From positions 13,516,001 to 13,580,000 of the forward strand of contig CM022674.1 of NCBI GenBank assembly GCA_012295275.1: a DNA stretch of 64,000 nt. Direction: 5' to 3'. Below, one piece after another: positions 14,169 through 28,846 of this stretch. The translations under genes were made by a program, and so were the position numbers. The DNA is from Chrysomallon squamiferum. Lineage: Eukaryota; Animalia; Mollusca. The notes below the pieces were generated by a model. It was not told where the DNA came from. It did no database searches and was given only the letters and a program-made list of their open reading frames with translations. Positions within the stretch are counted from its first letter, which is position 1. The number at the start of each line of letters is the position of its first letter.

Positions 14169-14939
14169 GGCAACTGCTGTCATATTAGTAAAGGCAACAA
14201 CATGTGGTAACAGTATTGTGGCAACAACATGTGGAAGTAATAATGGTAATGGTATTAATCGATGTAGTAGTAGATGTAATACTAGTAATAGATGTAGTAG
14301 AACAGAAATAGCACAAGTGGCAATGGTAATAGTAGATGAAGCATTTGCAGCAGAAGATAATGATGAAAAAAAAGATGATGATTAAACAGATATTGAAAAA
14401 TATATATATAAACGTGGCTATTTATATATTAACTGTTTTTGATTATATTAGTTATGAAATTGCTCTACAGCCTAATTCTTAATATTTTCTCTCCCTCTGT
14501 CGTTTTATATGTGTTAAAAGAAATAAAGCTAAAACTACTTAAAATAACATCCTCATTCTAATAATACTAAAATCCAGGGTGGAGGTTATTTATGCATGTT
14601 AGGACAATTTTTATGACGACATTTTTATATTTTCATTCATACGATGACTATTTTTAGAAGAGTTAGTACGCCCTCCCGCGCCAGTTTTAACGTAATAAAG
14701 TTTTAATATTAAAATTAGGGCGAGTCTGTTTACGTCTGCTTGAAGTAATGACAATACGCCCGAACGATACCAGTCTGTTAAAGCGTTCTTGTGACGTAAA
14801 AGATATCTTAAAATTCTTTATAGTTCCAAGTTATTATTCTATTGTTTTGGACGACCTGTCAACACTCATAACACAGTATGACAATAAAATAATACTGTGA
14901 GGCATCTACGCACCGTCATTTTACACCTTCACAGTAGGA

Positions 14940-15747
14940 GTTGTGACGTCATCGCATATATGACGGACTAATAAGTGAATATTTTTAGAAGAAAATATAG
15001 AGACAATCGATTCCTGCTGTATGCGGTGACGTCACGAGTATAAAAACAAGGCGGCGCCCATATAGTTTATCTGAAACAATCTAAAGCAATAGAAATTTCC
15101 CGCTCATCATAAAATGGCAGCCGACGTTGAAATTAAATGATACGTGGTGGATTTACTGATTTATAGAAAAAATATATATATATATTATTCAGTATTTGTA
15201 CTGAACTGTTATAACCAGCTGGGAATATTAAAGTAAAATCAGTCAGAAAATTGTATGATGGAAAAAAATAATAATAACTGAAAGAATAAAAATATTATTA
15301 TCAGCTATAATCAGTGTTGTTTTGTATGTGGTATGTTTCCTTGGACGTTTAGTTGCTTTTGTCTTAAGGCCCATAACTCCTCTATTTTTGTAAAGGTCAT
15401 TAAAGTTCATTGTTCGGCCTTTACCACTGTTAGTTTTCGTCGCCAAATTAATACTCTTTTAAATTAATATGCATCATCGTTTTTCATACTGTTTTGTAGA
15501 AGGAGTCGTTAAATAAAACCAACAAACCAAACAAACAAATAACAAGAAAGGACTGCATTTATTTTTAACTGCTGCCAGAAAGAGCCTTTAATCATACACC
15601 ACCCCTCCCGAAAACTCCTCAGTTCTGCGCCTTAGGATGTAGGTGTTTCGAGTTTCGTACTATGAAAACAGAACTGGCCTATAAACATCATACTGAAGTA
15701 AATATGCACTCGATGCTCTTATGGAATGAAACATAATAATAATAATA

Positions 15748-15783
<36 letters not shown>

Positions 15784-15980
15784 GGGTGGATATGTAACCT
15801 CTGTCGAGGTTTATTTAGATTTTTAGAATTAATTATCTCGATGATATCTTCTATCAGCAAGTTTTAGCTGTTGTTAAAAATATAACAAAATGTGTTTTTT
15901 CAGGGCTTTTCCCACACTAGATGGCCAATGAAAGCGATGAGAAAACTAACGTCAACAGAGGGCGCAGCAAGATGGCGGAA
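14940..15980 (+). promoter_or_regulatory. CpG-containing promoter region of the ClC-2 gene
   Basis: CRE palindromes TGACGTCA at 14944 and 15027; CCAAT box GGCCAATGA near 15923; CAAGATGGCGG (YY1/Kozak-like) spanning the ATG at 15972. Confidence 0.6.
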
Positions 15981-16016
15981 AGACAGAAAGAGAAGTTTGG
16001 TTACGAACAAACACTG
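15972..16016 (+). CDS. CLCN2: ClC-2 exon 1
   Basis: MAERQKEKFGYEQTL|gtaaag (human LQYEQTL). An upstream in-frame ATG at 15921 is possible. Confidence 0.85.
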
Positions 16017-16504
16017 GTAAAGAAAAACAGTTTATGTGCTATTCATTTATGTAAAATAGTTTTAAAACCAAAATATTCAAATGATGTTAACAGATGTGGA
16101 ATGGTGTGCAAGCTTTAAAAGCACTTTTCTCTTTTACCTTGTACACGCGTGAATATTTTAAGGGAATCACTCGATTCGACCTGTCAGATGTAACTCATGT
16201 TACTGAGTTACAGGAATATTGAGAACTAAATAATTCTAATAATAATAAAAAAAAAATAAATATATGTTACAATCATATGTGTTGTCAGTTAAAATATATA
16301 ATTTTTTAACCAAATAATATAAAAGAAACTAATAACAACAACAATAATAATTTTGTTATATTGATATGTTCTAGAATGTAGATTTTCTGCAGTATTTGTC
16401 ATCAAATTTTAACTTACCAAGAATAACAGATTGTTTATTTATTTATTATTTTTAGTGTTTTATTATTATTATTTTTTATATTCACAGATTATTTACTTTT
16501 GTTA

Positions 16505-16571
<67 letters not shown>

Positions 16572-16903
16572 CACATGATTTAAGTGTCAAAAAAGTATTA
16601 TTTATTTTGTTAAATTAACTACTCCAACATCAGATACCATAGTATTCTTAACAAATTTGTTACAAATGAATTTAGCCTGCTTAAAGTTGAAACAGTTGCA
16701 AATTACATTATTATGATATATATAATTTTTAAAAGAACTTTCACATCATTTGTGTTTTAAAAAAAATCCACAAGCCTGAGCATTGATTTGTGTACATTGC
16801 CCGTTATTAACTGCTACATTTCTAGTTTGTATTTATCTATAAAACATATATATCTTTCTTTTTAAATATGTTTTTTGATCTATTTGTTTTATTTGTTGTT
16901 CAG

Positions 16904-17027
16904 CTGTATGGCAGATATACCCGAGATCTTGGATCATTCGCCAAATTTCATGCCAAACGAGTTAAAAAAGATGCCAAACAACAATTACATGAATCAAAAC
17001 CCATGTCAGGATTTTGGAGATATTTAG
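16904..17027 (+). CDS. CLCN2: ClC-2 exon 2
   Basis: ttcag|LYGRYTRDLGSFAKFHAK...FWRYL|gtaatt (human MYGRYTQDLGAFAK). Confidence 0.92.
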
Positions 17028-17439
17028 GTAATTAAATTTATTTGATTATTCTTGTTTTCCTAATTTTTTATTATTATTATTAGCAACAGTAATTTTGTTA
17101 GTATTTGTATTAACTTACCTCAGTTACAGAAATGGATTTTCAGACAGTATTGGTTTTTGATCCTTGTTAATGTTTGATATTTCATTATATATTTTTACAT
17201 GTTTGTTCTTAATACCACACATATGTAAATAGAATATTTTAAGGAATAATGTTAATTTTAAGACATATTTTTAATATTTTATTTACATATGAATCTTGAG
17301 TAAAGTAAAATAATATAATAATATTTTATATACATGCATGTATTTATATGTGTGTGTTTATGTGTGTGTGTGTTGTAACATCTTGAATAAAGATGGCACT
17401 GATATTTAATTTAATTAGGAGCAATAGTAAATAGCAACC

Positions 17440-17482
17440 AACACACCTCACTGCACAAACCACTGAGCCATATCCTGTCCCA
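17440..17482 (-). mobile_element. tRNA-derived SINE head remnant
   Basis: Minus strand GGGACAGGATATGGCTCAGTGG contains a Pol III A-box (TGGCTCAGTGG); no intact B-box or cloverleaf. Confidence 0.35.
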
Positions 17483-17572
17483 CATATAATTTGTATTGAA
17501 TATATATGTATATCTGTTTGTTTGTCTGTATATACGTTTGTTTGTCTGTATATACGTTTGTTTGTCTGTATA

Positions 17573-17642
<70 letters not shown>

Positions 17643-18563
17643 CTCTGTCTCTCTGTGAGCTTACATTTGTGCAGTGTGTATTGTAATATATCTGTAAATC
17701 TGTGAAACAGCTGTTAGAGATATTTGAAAAGGTTGTTGTATTACTAGAACACTTTGCTTAACAGTTGAGATGTTTTGTCATTGATATTTCACTTTGCATA
17801 ATCTACAAACCTCTGAAATCATCAATATAAACTACAAATCTCTTTCTTCTTTTTCCTTCCTTTTTTTGTTTGTTTGTTTGTTTATTTATTTATTTATTTT
17901 ATTTTATTTATTTATTTTTTCATAATTCTTTGACTTTAACATGCTGAAGCTGAACAAAAAGAATTAAAATTTTTTTTTTCAATAGCCTGTAAACTATTTC
18001 TCTATATTTTATAATGAGCTATCATAACATAGACTTAAACACTGTTCCTTTGGTTAATAACCTGATGGTGATGTATCAGTTAGGTGGACATTTTCACTGT
18101 GGTATCCAGGAAATCATAATTGTCTGCAGCTTGTCAAATTTACACTCCTGCATTTAAACATTTCCGCATGTTTTCTCTTTCCATAATTCACTGATTTGCA
18201 CAGAGTTAAATTTACAGTTGACATCTGCTTGTTGATACAGTCAAACTAACTAAGCTGCATATTTTTCTCTTTCACAGTCATCACCCCATATTAATTTTGT
18301 ATGATCTTGTATGTGTTAAATTTGTGTTAAATTTTTGTTTTGTTCAAGCCCAAGAGAGAGAGAAAATTAATAAAAGATGTGTTAATGTTTGTTTGAAAAA
18401 TAATACAAACACACAGACACACAACCACACATGGATTTTACAGAATAAATTTAATATTACTTCACAGTCACATGATAATTAATTGATTATTCTGAAAATT
18501 GAATAGTACAATGGTAAAAAATTATGAATAAAATCTGTCTGAACAAACAAATAAATGAATAGC

Positions 18564-18594
<31 letters not shown>

Positions 18595-18606
18595 ATAATT
18601 ATAAAA

Positions 18607-18637
<31 letters not shown>

Positions 18638-20077
18638 ACAAATAAACAAATAATAATAATGATGATAACAATAATAATATAAAATGAAGAAGAATACACG
18701 TATATAAAATAAATAAGTAAGAAAGAAAATAAATAAATACACATAATAAAATAACAATGGCACCAAAATAATTAGATCAATAATATCAGATCCTTGTTAA
18801 GCTTCATAATCAACTTTATGATGAGAATAGCATATTGATTTATAAAAGTTAAAATATTTGATGATATTTAATATTTATTTATGTTTTATGATGAAGAAAT
18901 ACTTAAAAAAATAAATAATTATAGTATTTATATAAGGAAAATGTATTTTGCATGTTTTATTAATTTTAAGCATATTTTTGATTTCTGATATTTAGGTAAT
19001 TAAAAATATATTTTTTTTATTATTTTAGATATTGCTTTCTTTATTTATAATATATTTTTAATTAGTGTTTATTAAAAACTTTTAATTTTATTTGTTTATT
19101 TATGTTCTTATTTATAAAATTTATTTTTTGTTATATCCAGTCCTGATTCATTTATTTAGATTTTATTTAATTTGAGTTCAATAAATATTTATTTAAATAT
19201 CTTTTTGTTTTTGATGTTGTTTCTAGAATAATTTATTTTTGTTTAAAAATGACTACAACTGGTCAGGGAGGTAGAACTCTGCGCTACCGTTCAAACAGTA
19301 TTCTCCCTCGAATAACTGAAAGTGAAAATGAAAGTAGTGAAAGTGGAATTTTCATATTTTCCAATCGCCCGACTTTGAAAGAGACATCCCTGTAGATAGA
19401 AATGGTGAAAAGTTTGTAGTGTGTGTTGTGAAATTTATCTACATTAACAAAGTGTGAGGAGAGAAAAAAAGAAAGAGAAAATTTGTAAATTTAATAATTA
19501 TTTTTGTTGTTATGAAAAGTGCAGTGTTTAAATAACCTTGGTGAAAATTTAGAAATTTTTGTGTTTTGTGATATTAATATAGTGTGTGTGAAATTAACAG
19601 GTATTTATTGTTGTAAAAAAAAATTTAAAAAGTTATTTGATAAGTTATATTTAAAAAGTTCTGAAATAAGATGAGTATTTTGTTTAAATATAGATACAGG
19701 TATATAATAATACTAATACTGTTTTATAACACAACAGCTTGCTTCTGTAACAACTGTTTTTATAGTCTTAAACAATTTTTTTTATTATTTTATTATTATT
19801 ATTTCTTTATATATGTATTGTAATGAAATGAGAGGTAAAACCTACCATTGCTTTATGATCAGCTGTTATTGATTAGCAGTAAAAACAGTTTTTTATTACC
19901 TTCCCACTGTTTGCCAGAAAAAAAAGGAGTAAGACATTAATCAATGTTTAATGACTTCTGAATACATTTTACTATGAACAATGTCAGTTTTATTTTATTT
20001 TAATATATTTGATTTGGTTTTATTTTATTTTATTTTATTTTGTTTTATTTATTTATTTTTTATTCCACATTTTCTGA

Positions 20078-20117
<40 letters not shown>

Positions 20118-20638
20118 ACACAAACAACACACACACAATACATAGCTTCTAAAACAATTTAACTGACAAAAATACAAAACAAACAATACAGACATTAATG
20201 TTTAGTTGTGGAATGGTGTTGGTTTTATGTATGTCTTGTGGTATTTGTATATGTAAAATTATTGCATATGTAATTATTTTTCTTTAATAGTGATTGTTTT
20301 CAGAAGTGTTGTTAATTAAAGTTTGTTGTTAAAACAGCAGCAACACATAATTATTTAAGTGATTTTAAAAAATTTAACAATATGTAAGTCATTATGTAAA
20401 TGATTTTTTATATTTAATTAAATACTGATATTTCAGTGAATCTTTTGTTGTAATGTGTTTTGAAAAATTTTGTATTATATTTTAAACAATATTTACTGTA
20501 ATAACTTTTAATTACTTATATTAAAAACTCTTAAAAACTATTTACTTTTTTCAAAAGATTTAATTACAGTAAACAGTAATGATACAGTTACTACCTGAAT
20601 TCTCTCCCTTGACTTTATAATTTATTTTTATTTTTCAG

Positions 20639-20770
20639 CGAGACTTTCTCTAGTGAAGAATTTCATTGTACAGAAGATTGGAGATGATTGGTTGTTTTTA
20701 TCTCTGCTGGGGGTCCTTATGGCTCTTCTCAGTTTCTCAATGGATTTTGTCATCGAAAAATGTCAAGAAG
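20639..20770 (+). CDS. CLCN2: ClC-2 exon 3
   Basis: ARLSLVKNFIVQKIGDDWLFLSLLGVLMALLSFSMDFVIEKCQE; AG/GT bounded. Confidence 0.95.
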
Positions 20771-21390
20771 GTTAAAAAAAATTATTAAATTGAGATTTAT
20801 ATTTGAAAGAAATGTTATTTTATACTGAATAAAATTAGATGATGGGTATTTAATTTAGATGTATAATGTTACAGTAAATTTGTAGGAAAAAGATAAATGA
20901 GTTTTTGGCATAGATGTTATATTTTAATTTTATTTTGCGTTGATTGGAATTATTAATATTTTACATTGAAATGTAGAAAATATATATTTTTTATCTAGTC
21001 ATATATTTCCACTAGAGACAATAATTAGAGTTCATTACTTACTACTGAAACATAAACACACTTACAGATACACACACACACACAGACAGAGAGATGATGC
21101 TCATAAATAACTGGGCAGTGTATGATTGTGAAATGTCCACTGAAATGTTATCCTGTTGAAGAACAAATTGATGGACAGGGCTTTGGCTGTCATTTTTAAA
21201 TACACTAAATATCTTGTAAACCTTTTCTAAATCATTTTCAATAAATTCCCAAACCCCCCCCAAAAAACAAAACAAAAGAAAATATATTCTGCCCTATCAT
21301 TCACTGCCCAGTTACTTATGTGCCATTGTGTTTTTGTTTTATGAAAGTATACATTCTGTTATGATGCTAATAATCTGTTGTGTGTTTCAG

Positions 21391-21519
21391 CTAAGTTCTG
21401 GTTATTCAAGGAACTTGAGTTCTCCGTGGCACTTCAGTATTTTGCCTGGGTGTCGTACTCCATACTCTTCATCCTGTTTGCTACTGGGTTCACCCATCTC
21501 GTCTCCCCACAGGCAATTG
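21391..21519 (+). CDS. CLCN2: ClC-2 exon 4
   Basis: AKFWLFKELEFSVALQYFAWVSYSILFILFATGFTHLVSPQAI; AG/GT bounded. Confidence 0.95.
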
Positions 21520-21724
21520 GTAAATATTGTGTTCACTAATCATCTGTGTTAATATTCGAATTTGTGTAGTCTGCAGTTTTTGTAATGATCAGTATTTGTT
21601 TTTATTTCATGTACACAGGTGTTGCAGTATACATTTATCTGTTTAGTCATCTCTTTCTTTTTTTTAATTTTTATTATATTAATATGTGTCTTCTTCTCTC
21701 TCTCTCTGTCTCTGTCTCTCTTTC

Positions 21725-21787
<63 letters not shown>

Positions 21788-22095
21788 TCTGTTGCCTTCT
21801 GTCACACACACATGCACATACTGTGATCTATTAACAGAACACTTACGACAATAAAACATTTTAATTACATCTGTAATCTGTGTGTTCATTTATCAACAAC
21901 ATTTTGTTTTAATTTTTGTTTGTTTTTGTCTACCATAGATCTGTCTGTCCATTTGTCTATCTACAATTATCTACTATCTCTCTGTCTATTCATCCATCCA
22001 TCCATCCATCCATCCATCCATCCATCCATACTCCTCAATCAATTGTCTGTTTTTCTTTCTGTCTGTCTGTGTTGATTTCAGTTTGTCTGTTGCAG

Positions 22096-22229
22096 GTTCT
22101 GGAATTCCAGAGATGAAGACGATTCTGAGAGGAGTAGTTTTAAAAGAATACCTCACATTTAAAACTCTCATAGCTAAAATAGTTGGCCTGTGTTCCTCTC
22201 TAGGCAGCACGCTACCAATAGGAAAAGAG
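22096..22229 (+). CDS. CLCN2: ClC-2 exon 5 (GSGIPE...GKE)
   Basis: [45 protein letters not shown]|gtgaga. Confidence 0.97.
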
Positions 22230-22586
22230 GTGAGAGTAACCCTCTCTTCACTTTCTTCTGTTTCACTCTCTCCACTGTTAGGCAGGTATTGCTGAGTGCT
22301 GTAGTGTTGGTGTGAGATGTGGCTGGTCCTGAGATCAACTCTTGTTAGTGATGCTGTGTTGAGTAATTTCACACCTGTCTGTTCAAAACTGACATGTGTA
22401 CTGTCCTTTTTGTTTGCACAATGAAACATAAGTTATAGCAAATATTTATGTTTATATCTATAAACATATAAGTATAATTAAGTATAATACAAATATATAT
22501 ATAAACAAAAATATTCACTAAAAAAAAAAATATATATATATATATTTTTTTATAGTGAATTTTTTTGTTTATATATATGTATGTAT

Positions 22587-22618
<32 letters not shown>

Positions 22619-22628
22619 GTATAATATA

Positions 22629-22685
<57 letters not shown>

Positions 22686-23649
22686 TTATATATATGTTTG
22701 TATTATACTTAAATATACTGCAAGGTGATATCTACATAATAACACAGGATTTATGCCTAGTTACGGATTATTGATTCAATGTATAAATAAACGAATAATA
22801 AATATTTATTTCCTCCCTGAGCACATTATTGTCTGTAATGGTTCATTTTTATTGCATTTGTTTGCATGAATGAGAAATGAAACTGAATTTTCTTATTTGA
22901 ACGTGTCTCTTCAGAAGGTACACCAAATAGGAGGGTTTGAATTTAATTTAAAATGGGGAATGGAGATGATTTAATTTAACGTGGGAAATGGCAATAAAAT
23001 AATTTATTATGGGAAATAGATATGACAGTTTAATAATATCATTTATTTTGGGCAATAGCTGTGATATAAGTTAATACGGGAATTAGCTGTGGATATTATT
23101 TTATAAGAGAAATAGTCTTGATATAATTCAATTGAAAATAGCCATGGTACATTTAAATATGAGAAATAGCAGTAGCTACCAAATAAAATAGAACAGGCAG
23201 TCAGTTTGTGGAATTTGAAAAACCAGAATATCAGTAAACTCTTGAAAAGAAAAGTAAAAATATAATTACTGGGTTGGAACAAAATTTCATAGCATTTAAG
23301 TGAATTTCAAAGACAATATTTAATAATTTTACACAGATTTATTAAACCACATATGTTAGTATGCATCTGTGTATGTCATATATTTCAGTAACATGTGAAA
23401 CAAAGTGACATACTCTGATGTCACATATTGAAAAAAATGCTACAGACGTCTGTTACAACTCAATATAGTTTCATTTGTTAACAAAATAACAAAGTTGAAA
23501 CAACAGTAATTATTCAGAAACGACTCTTGATATTGATTTTTTTTTTTAATCTGAAAATAAATCAATACAATTTCTTCTTACATATTGGAATATAAACTTA
23601 ATTTTTACATATGTTTTTCTAACAGAACTATAATTCATTTTTTGTACAG

Positions 23650-23727
23650 GGTCCTTTTGTACATATAGCCAGTATTGTGGCTACCCTGCTGACAAAGATG
23701 ATAGGATCATTTCGAGGTATATATGAG
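23650..23727 (+). CDS. CLCN2: ClC-2 exon 6
   Basis: GPFVHIASIVATLLTKMIGSFRGIYE|gtaata. Confidence 0.97.
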
Positions 23728-24505
23728 GTAATACTGTGTGCTTTGTAGATAATAATTATTATCTGTTGTTTACTAAGGCAGGCTTGATTGTTGTGTGTTA
23801 AATAACATGAAATGATAAGTGTATAAATAATCAGAAAAATTGTGATGTTAGTGACAATATAAATAACTAGGTGAAAATTATGGCTTCTAATTGTTAATTA
23901 TCTGCAAATATCAGATTTTTATTGTACCAACTAATTAGATTATTACATTAAATATTTTATCGTTATTTGATTAGCTTACAAATAATATAGCAGAAATTAG
24001 CTATTAATAATGGACATTTGAACTCAATAGAATAAAACTGAAAATTATTTATTGCAAATTGGTTACCTTGTAATATTTATAAATCTCTGATGAAACAAAC
24101 TGATAATAATATCCTTGATTCTGATACAGAGTAGTTTGGTATTTTACTGGAATTGTTTTTAAGATTGTAATAAGTATTTCTTTCTATTTTTAATATTCAC
24201 AATAAATATTTTTAGATTCAGTATTTGCTAGTACAAAAAATGAAGTACCCATTATTTTGCATTTTATTTTACTTTTCTTTAACTATATAATAACAATTAA
24301 TATTTTTTTTCTGTTTTTTTTTTCTATGTAACATATATAAATATATATAAACCCACGAGTGTGTTATAAATATTTAACCTAAAGCTTTCAGAAAATGATT
24401 TCTTTGAAACTAACAAGGTAAGTATTTAGAAATAAAGGGAGATAATTGTTGGAACTGTTAATGTTTTTTAACCATTTATTTAAATATTAAGTTTTTACAT
24501 TTCAG

Positions 24506-24584
24506 AATGAGTCTAGGAGATCTGAAATGTTGGCAGCAGCTTGTGCTGTTGGAGTTGCAGGGACATTTGCAGCTCCTATAGGAG
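24506..24584 (+). CDS. CLCN2: ClC-2 exon 7
   Basis: [26 protein letters not shown]|gtatat. Confidence 0.97.
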
Positions 24585-25231
24585 GTATATGTTCTTATTA
24601 AATACTCCTTAATTTAACTGTAAAGTTAAATCCCTGAGAATTGTCTCAGGAAAAGGAGATAATTAATGTAACATTTTTTTTTTACTTTTGAATTTCATTT
24701 TAAAATTCAATGCTCATATAGGAGTTAGATACTGTTGCTATGGACTCCACTGTATTATGAAACAAGATGTAGATGGGAAGTAAAGCACTTTTATAATAAA
24801 CAAGTATCAAAAATCAAGGGAGATAATTCATTTTCAGATATATTTATTTAAATGTTAGCATTTTGTGTTACTATTTGCTAGTAAGAGATGGATTGTGTTT
24901 CATCCACTGACAGTGTTGATTGACAGTCCTCAGGCTTTTTCCATTTGATAAATGCCTGATGTTTTGCTGCTTGAAAAGCTCTGGTATGTTATGTGCTGTC
25001 AGTGATGCAAATAAAAAGATCACTTTCTGAATGTTACAAATATTTTGTAGATTTTCTTTTACAATTTTATTTTCAGTATTAACAAATATTTCATATAAAA
25101 AAAGCCGATCACAGAAATTGATGGTTTCTGATGATAGTTTAAATGAAACAAACTTCCATTTGTATTTTAGTCTGATATTGAACAGTCTGTTTCTGTGTTT
25201 TTGTGTGTTTATTTGTATCTGTATGTTTTTG

Positions 25232-25460
25232 TGCTGATATTTTAAAGATATTTATATTTTATGACATATTCTGTTGTTTCGTTGAGATTGATTTTTTTGT
25301 TTTGTTTGTCATCGAATGTGTAAATTTAAAAACTATTTTTGTGTGATATCGACCTGGTCACAGTTTGTAGAATTGTATTTTAACTAAATACTTGATAATG
25401 TTTTAAATTATATATTTGTTCATGGAATCATAATAGTGGAAACAGTAAAGTGTGTGTGTG
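25232..25460 (+). repeat. Dispersed ~220-bp repeat ending in (TG)n, copy 1
   Basis: Closely similar, same orientation, to 47504-47760 (tgctgatattttaaagatatttatatt...gtcatcgaatgtgtaaatttaaaa...ctggtcacagtttg...aacagtaaagt). Confidence 0.85.
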
Positions 25461-25535
25461 TTTGTTTCTGTGTTTGTGTATTTGTGTGTGTGTTTCTACC
25501 AATACTCATATAAATTTTGAATGTTTGTGTTACAG

Positions 25536-25661
25536 GTGTGTTGTTCAGTATAGAGGTCACTGCGACATACTTTGCAGTGAGAAACTACTGGAGAGGTTTC
25601 TTCTCTGCTGTGTGTGGAGCCCTTGTGTTCAGACTTCTAGCTCTCTGGTTCAAAGATGAAG
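25536..25661 (+). CDS. CLCN2: ClC-2 exon 8
   Basis: [42 protein letters not shown]|gtaaat. Confidence 0.97.
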
Positions 25662-26074
25662 GTAAATCTCTTAAAATATTTCATATCTGTCACTAAGCAT
25701 TCACCGATGCAGTCTGTTTGTCTGTCTGTCTGAATTTTATGAAAAATTGTTGCGTAATGTGAGTAACAGGTAATTTTAATATTTATTATGACGTGGTGAC
25801 AATAAAAATATTGTAACACTATGTTAATATTATCTTATTAAAGTGAAGATTGTTAAAATTTAATTAAGTGTGACTAAACTTTATATGGTTAGTAGCTATT
25901 AGCTAAAAAGATAATTTATTTATCTGTTTCTTTGTTTTAAGTTGTTAATTAAATTATTTGTTTTATTTTAATAACATTTGTTTGATTTTCAACTTTTGTT
26001 TATTTCACATTCACGTTTGTTTGTTTGGGTGTTTATTTATTTGTTTGTTTGTTTGTTTATTTATCTATTTTCAG

Positions 26075-26159
26075 AAACCATCACAGCACTTTTCAAGACA
26101 AATCTTCGTACAGAATTTCCATTTGATGCCTTAGAACTTATTGCATTTTCTGGCATCGG
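26075..26159 (+). CDS. CLCN2: ClC-2 exon 9
   Basis: ETITALFKTNLRTEFPFDALELIAFSGIG|gtttgt. Confidence 0.95.
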
Positions 26160-26673
26160 GTTTGTTTCAATTTTTAATTTTATTATAATCAAAATTTAGT
26201 ATTATTTCACTTTTCATTTTACTTTCTAATTATAATTTAAAACCTACAAACGTGGAGTATCATTTACAACACGTTTGTAGGAGAGGCAAGGGAAAAGGAA
26301 GAACACAGAGAGAAAATAATATTTGTGTAGAAACCAAGCTGGCAAAATTAACAGTTTTTCAAATCTGCATGTTGCACATATTTTTTTTTTTTTATTTGAA
26401 GTGACCTGTCATACAATAAAATGGAATATTTTAACTTGGCCAGTTTGAATTTTGATAAACTTGGTCTCCTGTGAGTAAATACAAAAATGTTTATTTTGAA
26501 GGACTGCATTTCCAAAAGTAGATGGGTATAATTTTATATTCAGTCATTTGAGACCCAAACAAACATTCATACCAGTTTTTATCAAAATTAGAATTTGTCC
26601 AGTTATACCCATTGGGTTGAATTTACACTCGGAGAATGACCCTTAATTATTGATATATATTTTTTTTTTTCAG

Positions 26674-26775
26674 AGTGGCTTGTGGGTTTGGGGGAGCTTT
26701 GTTTATTCTCATGCACAGAAAATGCATCCTCTTGATGAGAAGACACAAACGAGTGTCCAAGTTTCTACAAAAAAA
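26674..26775 (+). CDS. CLCN2: ClC-2 exon 10
   Basis: VACGFGGALFILMHRKCILLMRRHKRVSKFLQK|gtgagt. Confidence 0.95.
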
Positions 26776-27039
26776 GTGAGTCCAGCAGATAACTCTGTAA
26801 AATTAGAGTTACATTTCTTTGTTTTAAATAGTGTTACGTTAATCTCTGTAAGTAGTCTTTGAAATATACTAGACAATAACAGTAATAATAATAATTAGTA
26901 TTTTTAGAATGCTGATGATAATGATGATGATTAAATTACTTATGATTACTGTAGAACATGTTATTATAAGTATTATTGAATATTATTATTACTAAATTAT
27001 TACTAACCATTAAATATTTTTATTATTAATATGACTATT

Positions 27040-27560
<521 letters not shown>

Positions 27561-27569
27561 TGTTTTCAG

Positions 27570-27654
27570 TCGGTTTATTTATCCTGGTTTGGTGGCTCTA
27601 GTGATATCATCAGTAACATTCCCTCCTGGTCTGGGTCAGTTCTTTGCTGGTCAT
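27570..27654 (+). CDS. CLCN2: ClC-2 exon 11
   Basis: NRFIYPGLVALVISSVTFPPGLGQFFAGH|gtgagt. Confidence 0.96.
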
Positions 27655-28399
27655 GTGAGTAGCTTTTCATCATTTCTCCTAAAATATAGTCTCAAACATT
27701 TAATTCTTTTATTACAGAATATTCATTTAAACTATGTGTTTACTGTTTTAAAAATGTTCGTATTAACCTAAACACAACTGGATAACAGAGTTTAAAATGT
27801 GAAAAAAAGGGTAATAAAAATGATACATCAGGAAAACATTATTAATAAGGATGCAGGTTCTGTTCATGAGAAAATTTTATTAAGTGCTTACTTGCAAAAT
27901 GTTGTTGTAATTATTAACATAAGCATTAAATTTACTGATATCTTAGTTATTCACTATTCATTATGTAAAATACATTTATATATTTTTAATGTTGTAAAAT
28001 AATTAATATATTTTTTAAAATATTCATAAGTTATAATATTAATACTTTTTATATATCATATTAAGTTTACTAATCTATCTTAACTATTTCATATTATGTA
28101 AAATAAATTTAAAAATGATTATTATTTTTTAAAATATACTTAACTAATATTAGTACATGTTTAATACATTGCTTACATTTACTAATATGTCTAAACTATT
28201 TCACATTATGTAAAATACATTTATAAATAATATGCATATATTTAAACATACTTAACTAATATTAACACGTGTATTAATATAGTGCTTATATTATGTTTTT
28301 TAAGATATCTGAAATCATATAAAATGAATTTATTTATTTATTTTAATTTTAAGTATGCATATCTAAATAAAAATTTGCATTTATATATATATTTTTTTG

Positions 28400-28670
28400 A
28401 ATATAGTAAATAATGATATAACATGTTTATTATTATTTTTAACTACACTTAACTAAATAATACTAATACATTGTTTATATTTTTAACTATATTAACTAAA
28501 TAATACTAATGTGTTGTTTATATTTTTTAACTATACTTAACTAAATAATGATATAATATCTTTATTATTATTTTTTAACTACACTTTACTAAATAATACT
28601 AATACATTGTTTATATTTTTTAACTATATTAACTAAATAACACTAATACGATGCTTTATTATTTTTTTGT
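28400..28670. repeat. AT-rich minisatellite, ~45-bp unit, about 6 copies
   Basis: Recurrent ttttaacta(c/t)a(c)ttaactaaataatactaatacattgtttat. Confidence 0.8.
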
Positions 28671-28680
28671 ATTCTTTCAA

Positions 28681-28846
28681 CAAATGACCAATCGACTTGT
28701 ATTTTTTAACGACATGTTCAACAAAATCACCTGGACCACTGTTCATAGCAGAGGACCTGGACTAAATAATGGGCTAACATTTTAAACCACTGGAAGCACC
28801 CTCTAACCAACATCTACGTTGTCTTGTATTCTTCATCATCATGACT
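28681..28846 (+). CDS. CLCN2: ClC-2 exon 12, frame-disrupted (probable consensus errors, or a degenerate exon)
   Basis: Homologous pieces lie in three frames: NDMFNKITWTT / IAEDLD / ANILNHWKHPLTNIYV / CLVFFIIMT|gtaact. No AG acceptor (ctttcaa). Start coordinate approximate. Confidence 0.7.

Noticed and set aside
21986-22429. 147-aa antisense ORF over ClC-2 exon 5
   Set aside because: Shadow of the coding exon plus (CATC)n repeat; no recognisable homology.
25536-25565. CLC Cl-/H+ antiporter assignment (ClC-3 to ClC-7)
   Set aside because: GVLFSIEV has Val at the proton-glutamate position and the N-terminus is ClC-2-specific.
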